Shown: one piece after another, positions 45,302 through 54,490 of the stretch
How positions within the stretch are numbered: the first letter of the stretch is position 1
Layout: each line of letters starts with the position of its first letter
Source of the DNA: Alphaproteobacteria bacterium
Lineage (GTDB): Bacteria > Pseudomonadota > Alphaproteobacteria > UBA2966
Direction of reading: 5' to 3'
Length of the DNA: 64,000 nt
Assembly: GCA_964291395.2 (NCBI GenBank)
Contig: OZ219858.1
Span: 558,378 to 622,377, forward strand
Translations under genes and position numbers: made by a program
The notes under the pieces: model-generated
What the model was told of the DNA's origin: nothing
What the model saw: the letters and a program-made list of their open reading frames with translations, nothing else
The model's database searches: none

Positions 45302-45579
45302 GTGCAAGAATATCGTTATGGATGTATCCGCTCAGGGCGCGATGCCATGCCGGAACTGATGAAGCACGACAACATCCGGCACGACTGGGTGATCCGAAAG
45401 CGACGCTTCGTTTCCTTCTTCGATCCAAGAGACTACGGCACGACCGCCATCGTGGATCATGACCAAATCGAGGCGATCGAACTGGACGGCAACGAACGGC
45501 GCGTCTAAATAATGTGTCGTCGACCGTCGGCGCTCGGACGGCTCGAGATCCGGCGTAGTGGTTTGAGGCATAACGGCAA

Positions 45580-46344
45580 ATGGCGAGAAAGAACCGGCCC
45601 GCGGTCGTGGGTGTTCCCGCGAGTATCCGGCGAATAAACGAGAACGAATTTCACGCGGTGGCGACCCGCTACCTCGAGGCGGTTGCCCGCCACACGGGAG
45701 CGGAGCCCGTCATCATTCCCGCCATCGGCGGCCATCTCGACTTCGAAGACCTGATGCGGCGGGTCGATGGTTTTTTCTTCACCGGCTGTCCGTCCAATGT
45801 CGAGCCTCATCATTACGACGAACCCGTCAACCTGACACCCGACAGGCGTGATCCCGACCGCGACGCCACGACGCTGCCGTTGATCCGGTTTGCGCTCGCC
45901 AATGCGGTTCCCATGTTCGCCATCTGCCGGGGCTTCCAGGAGCTGAACGTCGCCCTCGGCGGCAGTCTCCACCAGTTGCTGCACGAGGTTCCCGGAAAAT
46001 GGGATCACCGGGGCGGCGGTGACAAACCCCACGAGGAACGGTTCGCTCCCAGGCATCACGTTTCCCTGACTCCAAGGGGTCAACTCGCCGACCTGACGGA
46101 GTCGGCGCGGATCGTGGTGAACTCGCTTCATGGTCAAGGCGTCGATCGCCTGGGACGCGACCTGCACGTCGAGGCCATTGCCGATGACGGCACCGTCGAA
46201 GGGTTTCGGGTGGACGGTGCGGGAGCGTTCGCGCTGGGCGTCCAGTGGCACCCGGAGTGGCGCACGGAAGAGACACCTCACTATGGCGCTCTGTTCGGCG
46301 CGTTCGGCGCCGCCGTCAAGGAACGGGCCCTCACCCGTCGATGA
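45580..46344 (+). CDS. puuD: Class I glutamine amidotransferase-like / peptidase C26 (gamma-glutamyl-GABA hydrolase PuuD family)
   Basis: GFFFTGCPSNVEPHHY...FAICRGFQELNVALGGSLHQ...WHPEW is the typical PuuD-family pattern (Cys nucleophile in ICRGFQ). Confidence 0.8.
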   Translation: MARKNRPAVVGVPASIRRINENEFHAVATRYLEAVARHTGAEPVIIPAIGGHLDFEDLMRRVDGFFFTGCPSNVEPHHYDEPVNLTPDRRDPDRDATTLPLIRFALANAVPMFAICRGFQELNVALGGSLHQLLHEVPGKWDHRGGGDKPHEERFAPRHHVSLTPRGQLADLTESARIVVNSLHGQGVDRLGRDLHVEAIADDGTVEGFRVDGAGAFALGVQWHPEWRTEETPHYGALFGAFGAAVKERALTRR

Positions 46345-46940
46345 GGTTCGCCACCGAAGACCCGGACGACCCTGAGTCGTTGGATCTTGAAGACTTTCCC
46401 ACGCTTCAGGCGGTGGCGCGTTTCGCGCAAGCGGTGCCGCACGTTCCGTGGTTCCTGCACCTCGGCGAGCCGTTGACGGAGGAGGTCCGCCGGATCGCCG
46501 AGTCCTATGTTCACGCGCTGGGATTTCCCGATTGTGCGATCGCCGTGATCGGCGACTGGGAGGAGGCCGGAGACGCGGCGGAGAATCCCGGATTCGACGA
46601 CGCCTCCTGGGAGGTCGAGGAGCAGCTTACCGCGGGACTCATGGATGACGCCCTCGCCGTTGTCGAAGAGCAGGAGCTGGCGACCGCGTTGACGCACGCT
46701 TCGGCCGCCGGGGGTGACGCCGCGAAGCTGGCGATAGAGGAAGCGGCCGCACTCGCCGGCCACTCCGACCCCGCGTTTCTCGACGCGGCCGTGGGCGCCG
46801 CGACGAAAGCCTGTTATCAGGCGGCCCTGTTACTGGCGGGCGGCGGAGACGAGGATCATGCCGTGGTCTTCAAGTACAAGCTGTTCGAAAGCGGCCGCTG
46901 GCCCGTCGGCATCGTCGGAAGCACCTTCAACATATTCTGA
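46341..46940 (+). CDS. Acidic hypothetical protein, translationally coupled to the puuD-like gene
   Basis: ATG at 46341 overlaps the puuD stop (ATGA). The product is 199 aa, D/E-rich, belongs to no family I recognise, and shows coding-like codon usage. Confidence 0.55.
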   Translation: MRFATEDPDDPESLDLEDFPTLQAVARFAQAVPHVPWFLHLGEPLTEEVRRIAESYVHALGFPDCAIAVIGDWEEAGDAAENPGFDDASWEVEEQLTAGLMDDALAVVEEQELATALTHASAAGGDAAKLAIEEAAALAGHSDPAFLDAAVGAATKACYQAALLLAGGGDEDHAVVFKYKLFESGRWPVGIVGSTFNIF

Positions 46941-47037
46941 TATCGGGCCGGGTCCTCGATATCCATGATCGACCCGACCGCCGGCTCGAGAGGCTCGCGT
47001 CGGGCGGTGAGACGGTGGATGAAGAGATCCGAGAGGT

Positions 47038-47484
47038 TCAGGAGTTGAGCGCCCGGGTCAGCTGGCCGGTCGTCTTCTCGAGACGGGTCGCGAGCTCGCG
47101 CATGATTTCGACGGCCATCTGCGGAAATTCTCCCATCATGCGGAAGAACAGTTCCTTGGAAATCTTCAGGACTTCGACGTCCTGGTCCGCGATCACCGTG
47201 GCCGTTCGCGGGACGTCACAGAGAATGGCGATCTCACCCACGATATCGTTCTCGTGCACTTCGGCGACCTTCACGTCACCGTTGGGTGTCGAGACCACGA
47301 TCCCGACCGAACCTTTGATGATGATGTAGGCGGAATCGCCTATCTCGCCCTGGCGGCAGAGCTCGGTGCCCTCCCGGAACTTCAGGCGCTCGCTCGTGAA
47401 AGCCAGGAGCTTGAGTTTCGACGGCTCGATATTCGAGAACAGCGGGATCCGCCGTAGAAGATCGACTTCCTCGTTCAAGCTCAT
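47038..47484 (-). CDS. Stand-alone cyclic-nucleotide-binding domain protein
   Basis: ATG at 47482-47484 (RBS GGGACGGA). LRRIPLFSNIEPSKLKLLAF...GEIGDSAYIIIKGSV...GEIAILCDVPRTATVIA has an intact phosphate-binding cassette with the Glu and Arg. Confidence 0.85.
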   Translation of the reverse strand: MSLNEEVDLLRRIPLFSNIEPSKLKLLAFTSERLKFREGTELCRQGEIGDSAYIIIKGSVGIVVSTPNGDVKVAEVHENDIVGEIAILCDVPRTATVIADQDVEVLKISKELFFRMMGEFPQMAVEIMRELATRLEKTTGQLTRALNS

Positions 47485-47504
47485 TGTTTCCGTCCCACCG
47501 GCTG

Positions 47505-50159
47505 TCAAGCGCCGTCGATCAACCGCCTGAAATATGACCCGTCCCGGTTGAGCTCTTCGAAAGTGCCTTGTTCCACGATCTTTCCCGATCGCATGACGAG
47601 CACATGGTCGAACTCTCTCGCGAGATCCGCCTTGTGCAGTACCCAGACCAGCCCGCGACCGGCGAACTCCTCGAGCAGATTGCTCATTATCAGCCCCTGG
47701 CTCGCGGTGTCCAGCGCGGCCGTCGCCTCGGCGAGAAACAGTATGTCGGGCCGCTTTAGAACGCCGCGCGCGATCGCAAGCTTCTGACGCTGTCCCGACG
47801 ACAGTCGCGAACCGGACACGCCGACGTCATACCTCAATCCGACTTCGACGACCGTGTCCCTGAGGCCGAGCTCCGAGACGACTTCCGTGATCAGCGCGCT
47901 GACGCGGTCCGCGGCTTCAGGCCGTCCGTAGACGACTCTCCCGAAAATGATGTTGTCCTGAATGTTCGCCGTGCTCGCGTAGGTGTCGAGATCGAGGAAT
48001 TCCACGGAGTCGCTCGCGTCCTCGGGAAGATCCCTGGCGAACACTTCGCGGGCATCCAGCAGCTTGGCTTGAATATCGTCATCGATCATGCCCAGGCGGT
48101 GCCGCGCGGGAACCAGTTTGAAGGGCAGCGACATGATACGGGAGCGCTCCTCGGCCGACAGATCCGCCAACCTCTCGCGGTCGACGCGCGTGAGCCAATG
48201 CTGGAGCTCGCCCAGCTCTTCCGCCGACACGAAGCTGTACTGCTGGAACAATTCGTGATCGGGCGGCACGTCGGCAAAAATCTCGACCATGGTGGCGGCC
48301 GTGTCATATCCGATCTGAAGAATGCTCTCTGTCAGACCGACCTTCTCCAGGACCTCCAGGACATATGGATTTTCGCCGAGCCGTTCCATGTCGAAGGCTT
48401 CGCCGACGACATTGCCGAATAGAAGGTTTTCTCCGACGGTCGCATTGGCGTTGTAGGCGGACCGATCGAACACCTCGATCAGGTCCGCCATGCCTTCGTC
48501 ATCGGCCAGGCGCTCGCGGAACGCCGAGCGGGCTCGAAGAATCGCCTCGGCCATGTCGCCGCGTGCCTCGGGATCGACCGTTCCCCTGAGTCCCCATCGG
48601 TACACCTCGTCGTCGAGACCTACCATTTCCAGGGCGCGAAGTCCCTGTGCCTGAAGGGCCTCGGGAGTGGCCGCGCCGGCGGACTCCATGTCCACCCAAT
48701 CGGCCTTGATGTCGAGGGTGGTATTGCCGGAAGCCTTCGCTTCATTCTCGTGCCAGCTGCGCTGGCTCTTGGCATCGTCGCCGTATTCGAACTCCCGCAT
48801 GGGGCGATGCTTCAAGCCGTAGAACAGATTGAAGCCCAGGGAGCCGGCGAAGACGTATCCCTGCTGACCCACGTAGGCGAGCCGGCGTCCCGTGATCGCC
48901 TCCGGCAGACCCGCCAATTCGAGTCCGCCGACCGAGACGCCTCCTCGTGTCGGATACAGAAGTCGACTCAGCAGCTGTACCAATTCGGTCGCGCCGCTTC
49001 CCGATTCGCCGACGATGGCAACCCGCGACGGCATCGGCATCTCCAGCGAGACACCGTCGACGACGTTGTCCCCGACCTCGTCGGTCAGCGTCAGGTTGGC
49101 CGCCGTCAGGTCGCCGGTCAGCGGGTCGATGGACTCCGGTTCCTCCGTCTGCAGGCTTTCGTCGGGCATGCCGACCGGCTCGAACTGGCTGATGACCTGA
49201 TCGTATTTGATCTTCGCGTCCTCCCGCCGCTGGTAGAACGCGAGAAGTTCCTTCCAGGGGGCACCCAAATCCTTGTGCGCCGCGATTGCGGCGACCAGCG
49301 TCCCCATTTCCAGCGACCCGGAAATGACGAGGTAGCCGCCCAGCGAATAGAAGAAGAACGGACCCAGTTGTTGGATGAAGTTGTTGATGAACTTGATGAC
49401 GAACTTCTGGCGGTAGATGCGGTACCGCACGTGGAAGATGCTCCCCAGCCGATCGGAAAAATCGGCCAGCACGAACTGCGACGTGTCGTGAACGTGGACT
49501 TCGGGAACCCCTTGGACCGCCTCGCCGATGCGGTCCGACAGGCGACGCACCAGACGCACCCTTTCCTTGCCCAAGGCGTTCACGCGCATCTGCAAGCGCG
49601 GAATCAGGTATAGCTGAATGGGATAGAGCGCGACGGCCGCCGCCGCCATGATCCAGTTCTGGTAGAACAGAAACGCCAGAATGACGATGAGCGTGCCGCC
49701 CTGGAACGCCGGCAGCGCGTAGGCCTCGCCGATGAATCCGCCCAGAGGCTCCACCTCCGCGGTGACCATCGGGATGATCTCACCCTGGGACATGTTCTTG
49801 AAGGTCGGCTGCGGGAAACGAAGCACCCGGCTGAACAGTTGATAACGTAGCCGGCGCAGCATCCGCTCGCCGGTCAGACCCTGATAGACGTTGATGTAGT
49901 ACTTGAAGGCCTGGTTGATCAGGACGAGGACCAGAAAGGCCGTGCACAGGAGGAGCAGGTACCCGGTCTGATCGAAGCCGACTCCGAACAGGTCGACGGG
50001 GAAACCTTCCGGATCCCCCTGGATGGCACCGTTGATGATGCGCTTTGGAAGCTCGTAAAAGGCATACAGGAAGGGAAACGACAAGGCCGCGAGCGCGGTG
50101 AGCCAGATCTGCTGCGGCAGACTGTAGCGAATCAGGTATTTGTAGACGGTTTTCTCCAT
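47505..50159 (-). CDS. Atypical ABC half-transporter (TMD plus degenerate, insertion-bearing NBD)
   Basis: 884 aa with an N-terminal ABC exporter-type TMD. The P-loop is GESGSGAT, the Q-loop GQQ, the signature LSSGQRQK, Walker B ILFLAEATAALD and the H-loop VLHK. The Q-loop and signature are 354 aa apart. Confidence 0.85.
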   Translation of the reverse strand: MEKTVYKYLIRYSLPQQIWLTALAALSFPFLYAFYELPKRIINGAIQGDPEGFPVDLFGVGFDQTGYLLLLCTAFLVLVLINQAFKYYINVYQGLTGERMLRRLRYQLFSRVLRFPQPTFKNMSQGEIIPMVTAEVEPLGGFIGEAYALPAFQGGTLIVILAFLFYQNWIMAAAAVALYPIQLYLIPRLQMRVNALGKERVRLVRRLSDRIGEAVQGVPEVHVHDTSQFVLADFSDRLGSIFHVRYRIYRQKFVIKFINNFIQQLGPFFFYSLGGYLVISGSLEMGTLVAAIAAHKDLGAPWKELLAFYQRREDAKIKYDQVISQFEPVGMPDESLQTEEPESIDPLTGDLTAANLTLTDEVGDNVVDGVSLEMPMPSRVAIVGESGSGATELVQLLSRLLYPTRGGVSVGGLELAGLPEAITGRRLAYVGQQGYVFAGSLGFNLFYGLKHRPMREFEYGDDAKSQRSWHENEAKASGNTTLDIKADWVDMESAGAATPEALQAQGLRALEMVGLDDEVYRWGLRGTVDPEARGDMAEAILRARSAFRERLADDEGMADLIEVFDRSAYNANATVGENLLFGNVVGEAFDMERLGENPYVLEVLEKVGLTESILQIGYDTAATMVEIFADVPPDHELFQQYSFVSAEELGELQHWLTRVDRERLADLSAEERSRIMSLPFKLVPARHRLGMIDDDIQAKLLDAREVFARDLPEDASDSVEFLDLDTYASTANIQDNIIFGRVVYGRPEAADRVSALITEVVSELGLRDTVVEVGLRYDVGVSGSRLSSGQRQKLAIARGVLKRPDILFLAEATAALDTASQGLIMSNLLEEFAGRGLVWVLHKADLAREFDHVLVMRSGKIVEQGTFEELNRDGSYFRRLIDGA

Positions 50160-50188
50160 GCGACCCGCGCGTCACCAAGCAGCGAACC

Positions 50189-50606
50189 AGGGGCTATTCA
50201 CACTAACGCGCTGCATCGTGGATGAGTGCGAAGGTCACGGCCGTCCGGGCATCCGCGGCAACCATATGAAGCTTGGTGGTCCAGCCGCCACGGGACCGGC
50301 CTCGAGCTTGATGCGCACGATCCGCTCCCGCTGCAACTGCTCGAAGACCCGGTCGAGCACCCCGCTCTTCGACCAGCGGTTCATGCGCATGTAGATGGTG
50401 TGCCAGTTGCCGAAGCGGGCCGGCAGCCCCCGCCACCTGCAGCCGTGTTCGGCGACGTACAGGATGGCGTTGAGCACCTGCAGGTTCGACAGCCTGACGT
50501 TGCCGCGCTGCACCGGAAGGCACGGGGCGATGCGCGCGAACTGAGCTTCCGTGATCTCCATCCGCCGACGATAACACGATTCGCGTCATTAGTGTGAACA
50601 GCCTCT
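50189..50606 (-). mobile_element. Internally deleted IS5-family (IS427-like) element retaining both terminal inverted repeats
   Basis: The 18-bp ends are AGGGGCTATTCACACTAA (50189-50206) and, on the opposite strand at 50589-50606, AGAGGCTGTTCACACTAA (16 of 18 match). Inside is the OrfA-like MEITEAQFARIAPCLPVQRGNVRLSNLQVLNAILYVAEHGCRWRGLPARFGNWHTIYMRMNRWSKSGVLDRVFEQLQRERIVRIKLEA. This is followed out of frame by RGGWTTKLHMVAADARTAVTFAL, and the rest of the DDE domain is missing. Confidence 0.8.
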
Positions 50607-50610
50607 TGTT

Positions 50611-50645
50611 CGGCTAGTCTCGGCTAGTCTCGGCTTGTCTCGGTT
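50611..50645. repeat. Tandem decamer CGGCTAGTCT x2, then CGGCTTGTCT and a partial CGGTT
   Basis: Read directly, starting 5 nt after the right IS end. Confidence 0.85.
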
Positions 50646-50766
50646 GCGGCCCGCGCATGCGCCCGCCGACGGTGCCGGAAAACGCGGAACCGAGGCAACG
50701 GGAAAATCGTGGGATCGGCGCAATCTATGCTTTCTCGCCGGCAATCCGTATGCAAGAGTCACCGCC

Positions 50767-52029
50767 ATGTCGCGGGAAACTCACTGTCCCGTGATGGCTT
50801 CTCGAGCCGGTCGTGGCGCCCGGGTGTTGATCTACAGCCACGATACTTTCGGGTTGGGCCATCTACGCCGCTGTCGGACGATCGCCCACTCGCTGGTCGA
50901 GAGTCACGAAGATCTGTCCGTCCTGATACTTTCCGGCTCCCCCATCATTGGCAGCTTCGATTTTCGGCGTCGCGTGGACTTCGTCCGCGTGCCCGGCGTC
51001 ATCAAGCTGCGCAACGGGGAATACACGTCGCTCAATCTTCAGCTGCAACTGGAGGAAACGCTCTCGATGCGGTCCTCCATCATCGAGCACACCGCCGACA
51101 TTTTCGACCCCGACGTGTTCATCGTCGACAAGGAACCGCTGGGCCTGCGCGGAGAGATACGGGGCACCTTGGAAATGCTGCGCGCCCGAGGGAAGCGCCT
51201 CGTGCTCGGATTGCGGGACGTCCTCGACGACCCGGCCACGCTGTTCATCGAGTGGGAACGCAAAAACGCCCTTCCCGCGCTTCAGGAGTTCTACGACGAG
51301 GTTTGGGTCTACGGCTTGCCGCAGATATGCGAGCCCCTGGGGGGTCTGCCGCTGACCGGGGACATGCAACGCAAAATCACCTATACGGGCTACCTGCCGA
51401 TTACCGTCCCCAAGACCGCATTTCCCGCTGCGGTCCCGGAGATCACCAGCCGACCGTTCCTGCTGGTCACGACGGGCGGCGGCGGGGATGGAGACGTGCT
51501 GATCGAATGGGTGTTGCGCGCCTACGAGTCGGAAAAAATGCTGCCCTATCCGGCGTTGCTCGTTCTGGGACCGTTCCTTCAGCCCGAAAAACAGTCCCAA
51601 TTCATGGCGCGTGCCGCCAAGCTCGATCGTGTCGAGGCGATCGTCTTCAATCCGCGCATCGAGCGGCTCGAGGAGAACGCGATGGGGATCGTCGCCATGG
51701 GGGGGTACAACACCTTCTGCGAGATCCTGTCGCTCGACAAGCGGGCGGTCATCGTGCCGCGGACGATTCCGCGTCAGGAACAACTGATCCGAACGTCCCG
51801 GGCGCAAGAACTCGGCCTCGTGCGCATGCTCGAGGACGACGGTCATATGGATCCGGCGGCGATGGCCGGGGCACTGCGGGATCTGCCGCGCCAACCGAAG
51901 CCCTCGGAAACGATCGTCCCCGGTTTGCTGGAAGGTCTCATCAACGTGAACCGGTTGATCAAGCCCTGGCTCGATCAACGGCCGACACTTGAAGTCGCAG
52001 ATACCGTTACGGCGTTTCGCCCCGCCTAA
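50767..52029 (+). CDS. GT-B glycosyltransferase of the MurG/GT28-C-terminal (MJ1255-like) type
   Basis: RVLIYSHDTFGLGHLRRCRTIAHSL...VTTGGGGDG...VAMGGYNTFCEILSLDKRAVIVPR. The start could be 50767 or 50794. Confidence 0.7.
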   Translation: MSRETHCPVMASRAGRGARVLIYSHDTFGLGHLRRCRTIAHSLVESHEDLSVLILSGSPIIGSFDFRRRVDFVRVPGVIKLRNGEYTSLNLQLQLEETLSMRSSIIEHTADIFDPDVFIVDKEPLGLRGEIRGTLEMLRARGKRLVLGLRDVLDDPATLFIEWERKNALPALQEFYDEVWVYGLPQICEPLGGLPLTGDMQRKITYTGYLPITVPKTAFPAAVPEITSRPFLLVTTGGGGDGDVLIEWVLRAYESEKMLPYPALLVLGPFLQPEKQSQFMARAAKLDRVEAIVFNPRIERLEENAMGIVAMGGYNTFCEILSLDKRAVIVPRTIPRQEQLIRTSRAQELGLVRMLEDDGHMDPAAMAGALRDLPRQPKPSETIVPGLLEGLINVNRLIKPWLDQRPTLEVADTVTAFRPA

Positions 52030-52055
52030 GCCGAACCTGTTAGATTTGGCGGAGC

Positions 52056-53324
52056 ATGAAGACGGTCGCCTTCATCCTGAAGGGCTATCCACGCCTCTCC
52101 GAGACGTTCATCGCCCAGGAAATCCTCTCCCTGGAACGTCTGGGACTGGCCATCGAAATCGTCAGCCTTCGCCGCCCCACCGACGTTTCGACGCACCCGG
52201 TCCATCGCGAAATCGGCGCTCCGGTGACCTACCTCCCGGAGTATCTGCATCAGGAGCCGTTGCGGGTTCTGCGCGCCCTCACGGCGGTCGGACGCCGCCG
52301 CCGGTTCTGGACCGCATTTTCGATCTGGTGGAAAGATTTCATTCGCGACCCGACCCCGAACCGGATCCGCCGGTTCGGCCAAGCCGCCGTCTTGGCACAC
52401 GGAATACCGCCTCGGGTGAGCCAATTGCACGCACACTTCCTTCACACCCCGGCCTCGGTCGCCCGCTATGCCTCGGCGCTGACGGGACTGGCCTGGAGTC
52501 TCTCGGCTCACGCCAAGGATATTTGGACGACGCCGGCATGGGAGAAACGAGAAAAGCTCGCCGAATGCGATTGGGCCGTCACCTGCACCGAAACGGGATT
52601 CCATCACCTTGAGGGCTTCGCACCGCGGGACCGCCTGCATCTCGTCTATCACGGCCTGGACCTTGACCGGTTTCCGGCCCCTCCGGCCCCCGCCTCGGGT
52701 CGGGACGCTTCCGACGCGGACCGCCCGGTCATCCTGCTCTCCGTCGGCCGAGCAGTCGAAAAGAAAGGCCTTGACACGCTCGTCGAGGCACTCGCGCGGT
52801 TGCCGACGCATATCGCGTGGCGGCTTGTCCATATCGGAGGCGGGCCCCGGCTGGATCACCTGAGGGAAATGGCGACACGGTCGGGGCTGGCCGACCGAAT
52901 TCAGTGGCTCGGTCCTCAACCGCAAGAGGTCGTTCTGGAGAATTACAGATTGGCGGATCTGTTCATCCTGCCCAGCGTCATCGCCAAGGACGGCGACCGC
53001 GACGGCCTTCCCAACGTCCTACTCGAGGCACAAAGCCAGGGCCTTCCCTGCATCGCCGGCAAGCTGCCGGGGATTGCCGAGCTGATCTCCGATGGAACGA
53101 CCGGTGTCCTGGTCGAACCCGGCGACACCGCGGCGCTTGCCGGCGCGATCTCGAGCCTGGCGCAGGATCCCCAGCGTCGTCGGCAGTTGGGCTCCGCCGC
53201 ACTGAGTTGCGTCCACAAACGGTTTGCCCTGACCGAGCACATCGGGCGGCTCGCGTCTTTGTTTGGGCTGCCGCCCGTGAACGAGGACGCCGCCCCTTGC
53301 GAATCGCGTTTTACGCGCCGCTGA
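52056..53324 (+). CDS. GT4-family glycosyltransferase (WcaL-like layout)
   Basis: MKTVAFILKGYPRLSETFI...LLSVGRAVEKKGLDTL...DGDRDGLPNVLLEAQSQGLPCIAG...ELISDGTTGVLVEPGD contains the E-x7-E region. Confidence 0.8.
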   Translation: MKTVAFILKGYPRLSETFIAQEILSLERLGLAIEIVSLRRPTDVSTHPVHREIGAPVTYLPEYLHQEPLRVLRALTAVGRRRRFWTAFSIWWKDFIRDPTPNRIRRFGQAAVLAHGIPPRVSQLHAHFLHTPASVARYASALTGLAWSLSAHAKDIWTTPAWEKREKLAECDWAVTCTETGFHHLEGFAPRDRLHLVYHGLDLDRFPAPPAPASGRDASDADRPVILLSVGRAVEKKGLDTLVEALARLPTHIAWRLVHIGGGPRLDHLREMATRSGLADRIQWLGPQPQEVVLENYRLADLFILPSVIAKDGDRDGLPNVLLEAQSQGLPCIAGKLPGIAELISDGTTGVLVEPGDTAALAGAISSLAQDPQRRRQLGSAALSCVHKRFALTEHIGRLASLFGLPPVNEDAAPCESRFTRR

Positions 53325-54490
53325 AAGCGCCGACCCACCGGGCGCCGTCGGGTGATCGCCGCATGGCCCGACAGCTCATTTCGGCGCTGCGGTTCGCAGG
53401 GCACGCCGTCGACGTCGCGTCGACGTTCAGAAGTTTCGATGGGGATGGGAATCCCGAACGGCAAGATGCCATTCGGGATGCCGCCGAGGCCGAGGCCGAC
53501 CGGATCGTTCACGACTATCGAGCCGGCGCCGAGAGCCAAAGGCCGGAGGTCTGGTTCACCTATCACCTGTACTACAAGGCTCCTGATTGGATCGGACCCA
53601 GGGTGTCGCGGGCCCTCGGTCTGGGATACGTCATAGCCGAGGCGAGCCATGCGCCCAAGCGCGCGAGTGGACCATGGGCGTTGGGTCATGAGGCGGTGAC
53701 AAACGCCCTCGGCGCGGCGGATTCCGTACTGGCCCTCACGGAGCGGGACATTCCCTGCGTTCGATCCCTGCTGCATGCACGGGCTCGGCTGCTTCATCTG
53801 CCGCCGTTCCTCGATCCCGCGGCGGAAGTCGACGGCGTGACCGGCGATGAGGATCGGGACTCCTGTCGAGACGCTCTCGCCAAACGATACGCTCTCGACG
53901 GCACCAAGAGCTGGCTCCTGGCCGTGGCGATGATGCGCTCGGGCGACAAGCTCCGATCCTACCGCCACCTATCGCGCGCATTGGCAGCATTGCCGGGAGA
54001 CGACTGGCAACTCGTCATCGTGGGCGACGGCGGCGCGCGGGCGGACGTGGAAGCCGAATTCTCCCCACTCGGCTCGACCGGTCGAGGCGGGCGCGTCGCG
54101 TGTTTGGGCGAACTCGCGGCGCCCGGATTGCAACGCGTCTATGCGGCATGTGATATCCTGGTCTGGCCCGCCATCAACGAAGCCTACGGAATGACGCCGC
54201 TCGAAGCGCAGGCAGCGGGACTGGCGGTGGTTGCCGGTGATGCCGGTGGTGTCCGCGAGGTTGTTCGTGATGGCGAAACCGGCGTCCTCGTTGATCCGGA
54301 CGATTGCGACGCCTTCTCCGAGGCCGTGCGCAACCTCCTTGACGATCCCGTCCGGCGGCGGGAACTCGGACGCCGGGGACGGAGATTCGTCCGGGAGGAG
54401 CGGTCCCTGGCCGCGGCCAGCGGCACCATCGATAGGGCCGTCGTTCACGCCGCCGAGGCGCGCCACGACGCAGCACGGCGGGCTTCATGA
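53297..54490 (+). CDS. GT4-family glycosyltransferase
   Basis: Proposed TTG start at 53297 (LRIAFYAPLKAPTHRAPSGDRRMARQL). The C-terminal half carries NEAYGMTPLEAQAAGLAVVAGDAGGVREVVRDGETGVLVDPDD. The start is uncertain. Confidence 0.7.
   Translation: MRIAFYAPLKAPTHRAPSGDRRMARQLISALRFAGHAVDVASTFRSFDGDGNPERQDAIRDAAEAEADRIVHDYRAGAESQRPEVWFTYHLYYKAPDWIGPRVSRALGLGYVIAEASHAPKRASGPWALGHEAVTNALGAADSVLALTERDIPCVRSLLHARARLLHLPPFLDPAAEVDGVTGDEDRDSCRDALAKRYALDGTKSWLLAVAMMRSGDKLRSYRHLSRALAALPGDDWQLVIVGDGGARADVEAEFSPLGSTGRGGRVACLGELAAPGLQRVYAACDILVWPAINEAYGMTPLEAQAAGLAVVAGDAGGVREVVRDGETGVLVDPDDCDAFSEAVRNLLDDPVRRRELGRRGRRFVREERSLAAASGTIDRAVVHAAEARHDAARRAS

Noticed and set aside
45347-45508. 53-codon ORF (MPELMKHDNIRHDWVIRKRRFVSFFDPRDY...) in the AT-richer patch upstream of the AbiEi-like gene
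   Set aside because: It is too short and has no motif or convincing RBS. It may be real, but the sequence alone does not support it.
50611-50645. Short tandem repeats (here and at 14310-14450) as possible CRISPR arrays
   Set aside because: The repeat units are 10-22 nt, are contiguous or separated by only 2 nt, and have no unique spacers. There are no cas genes in the window.
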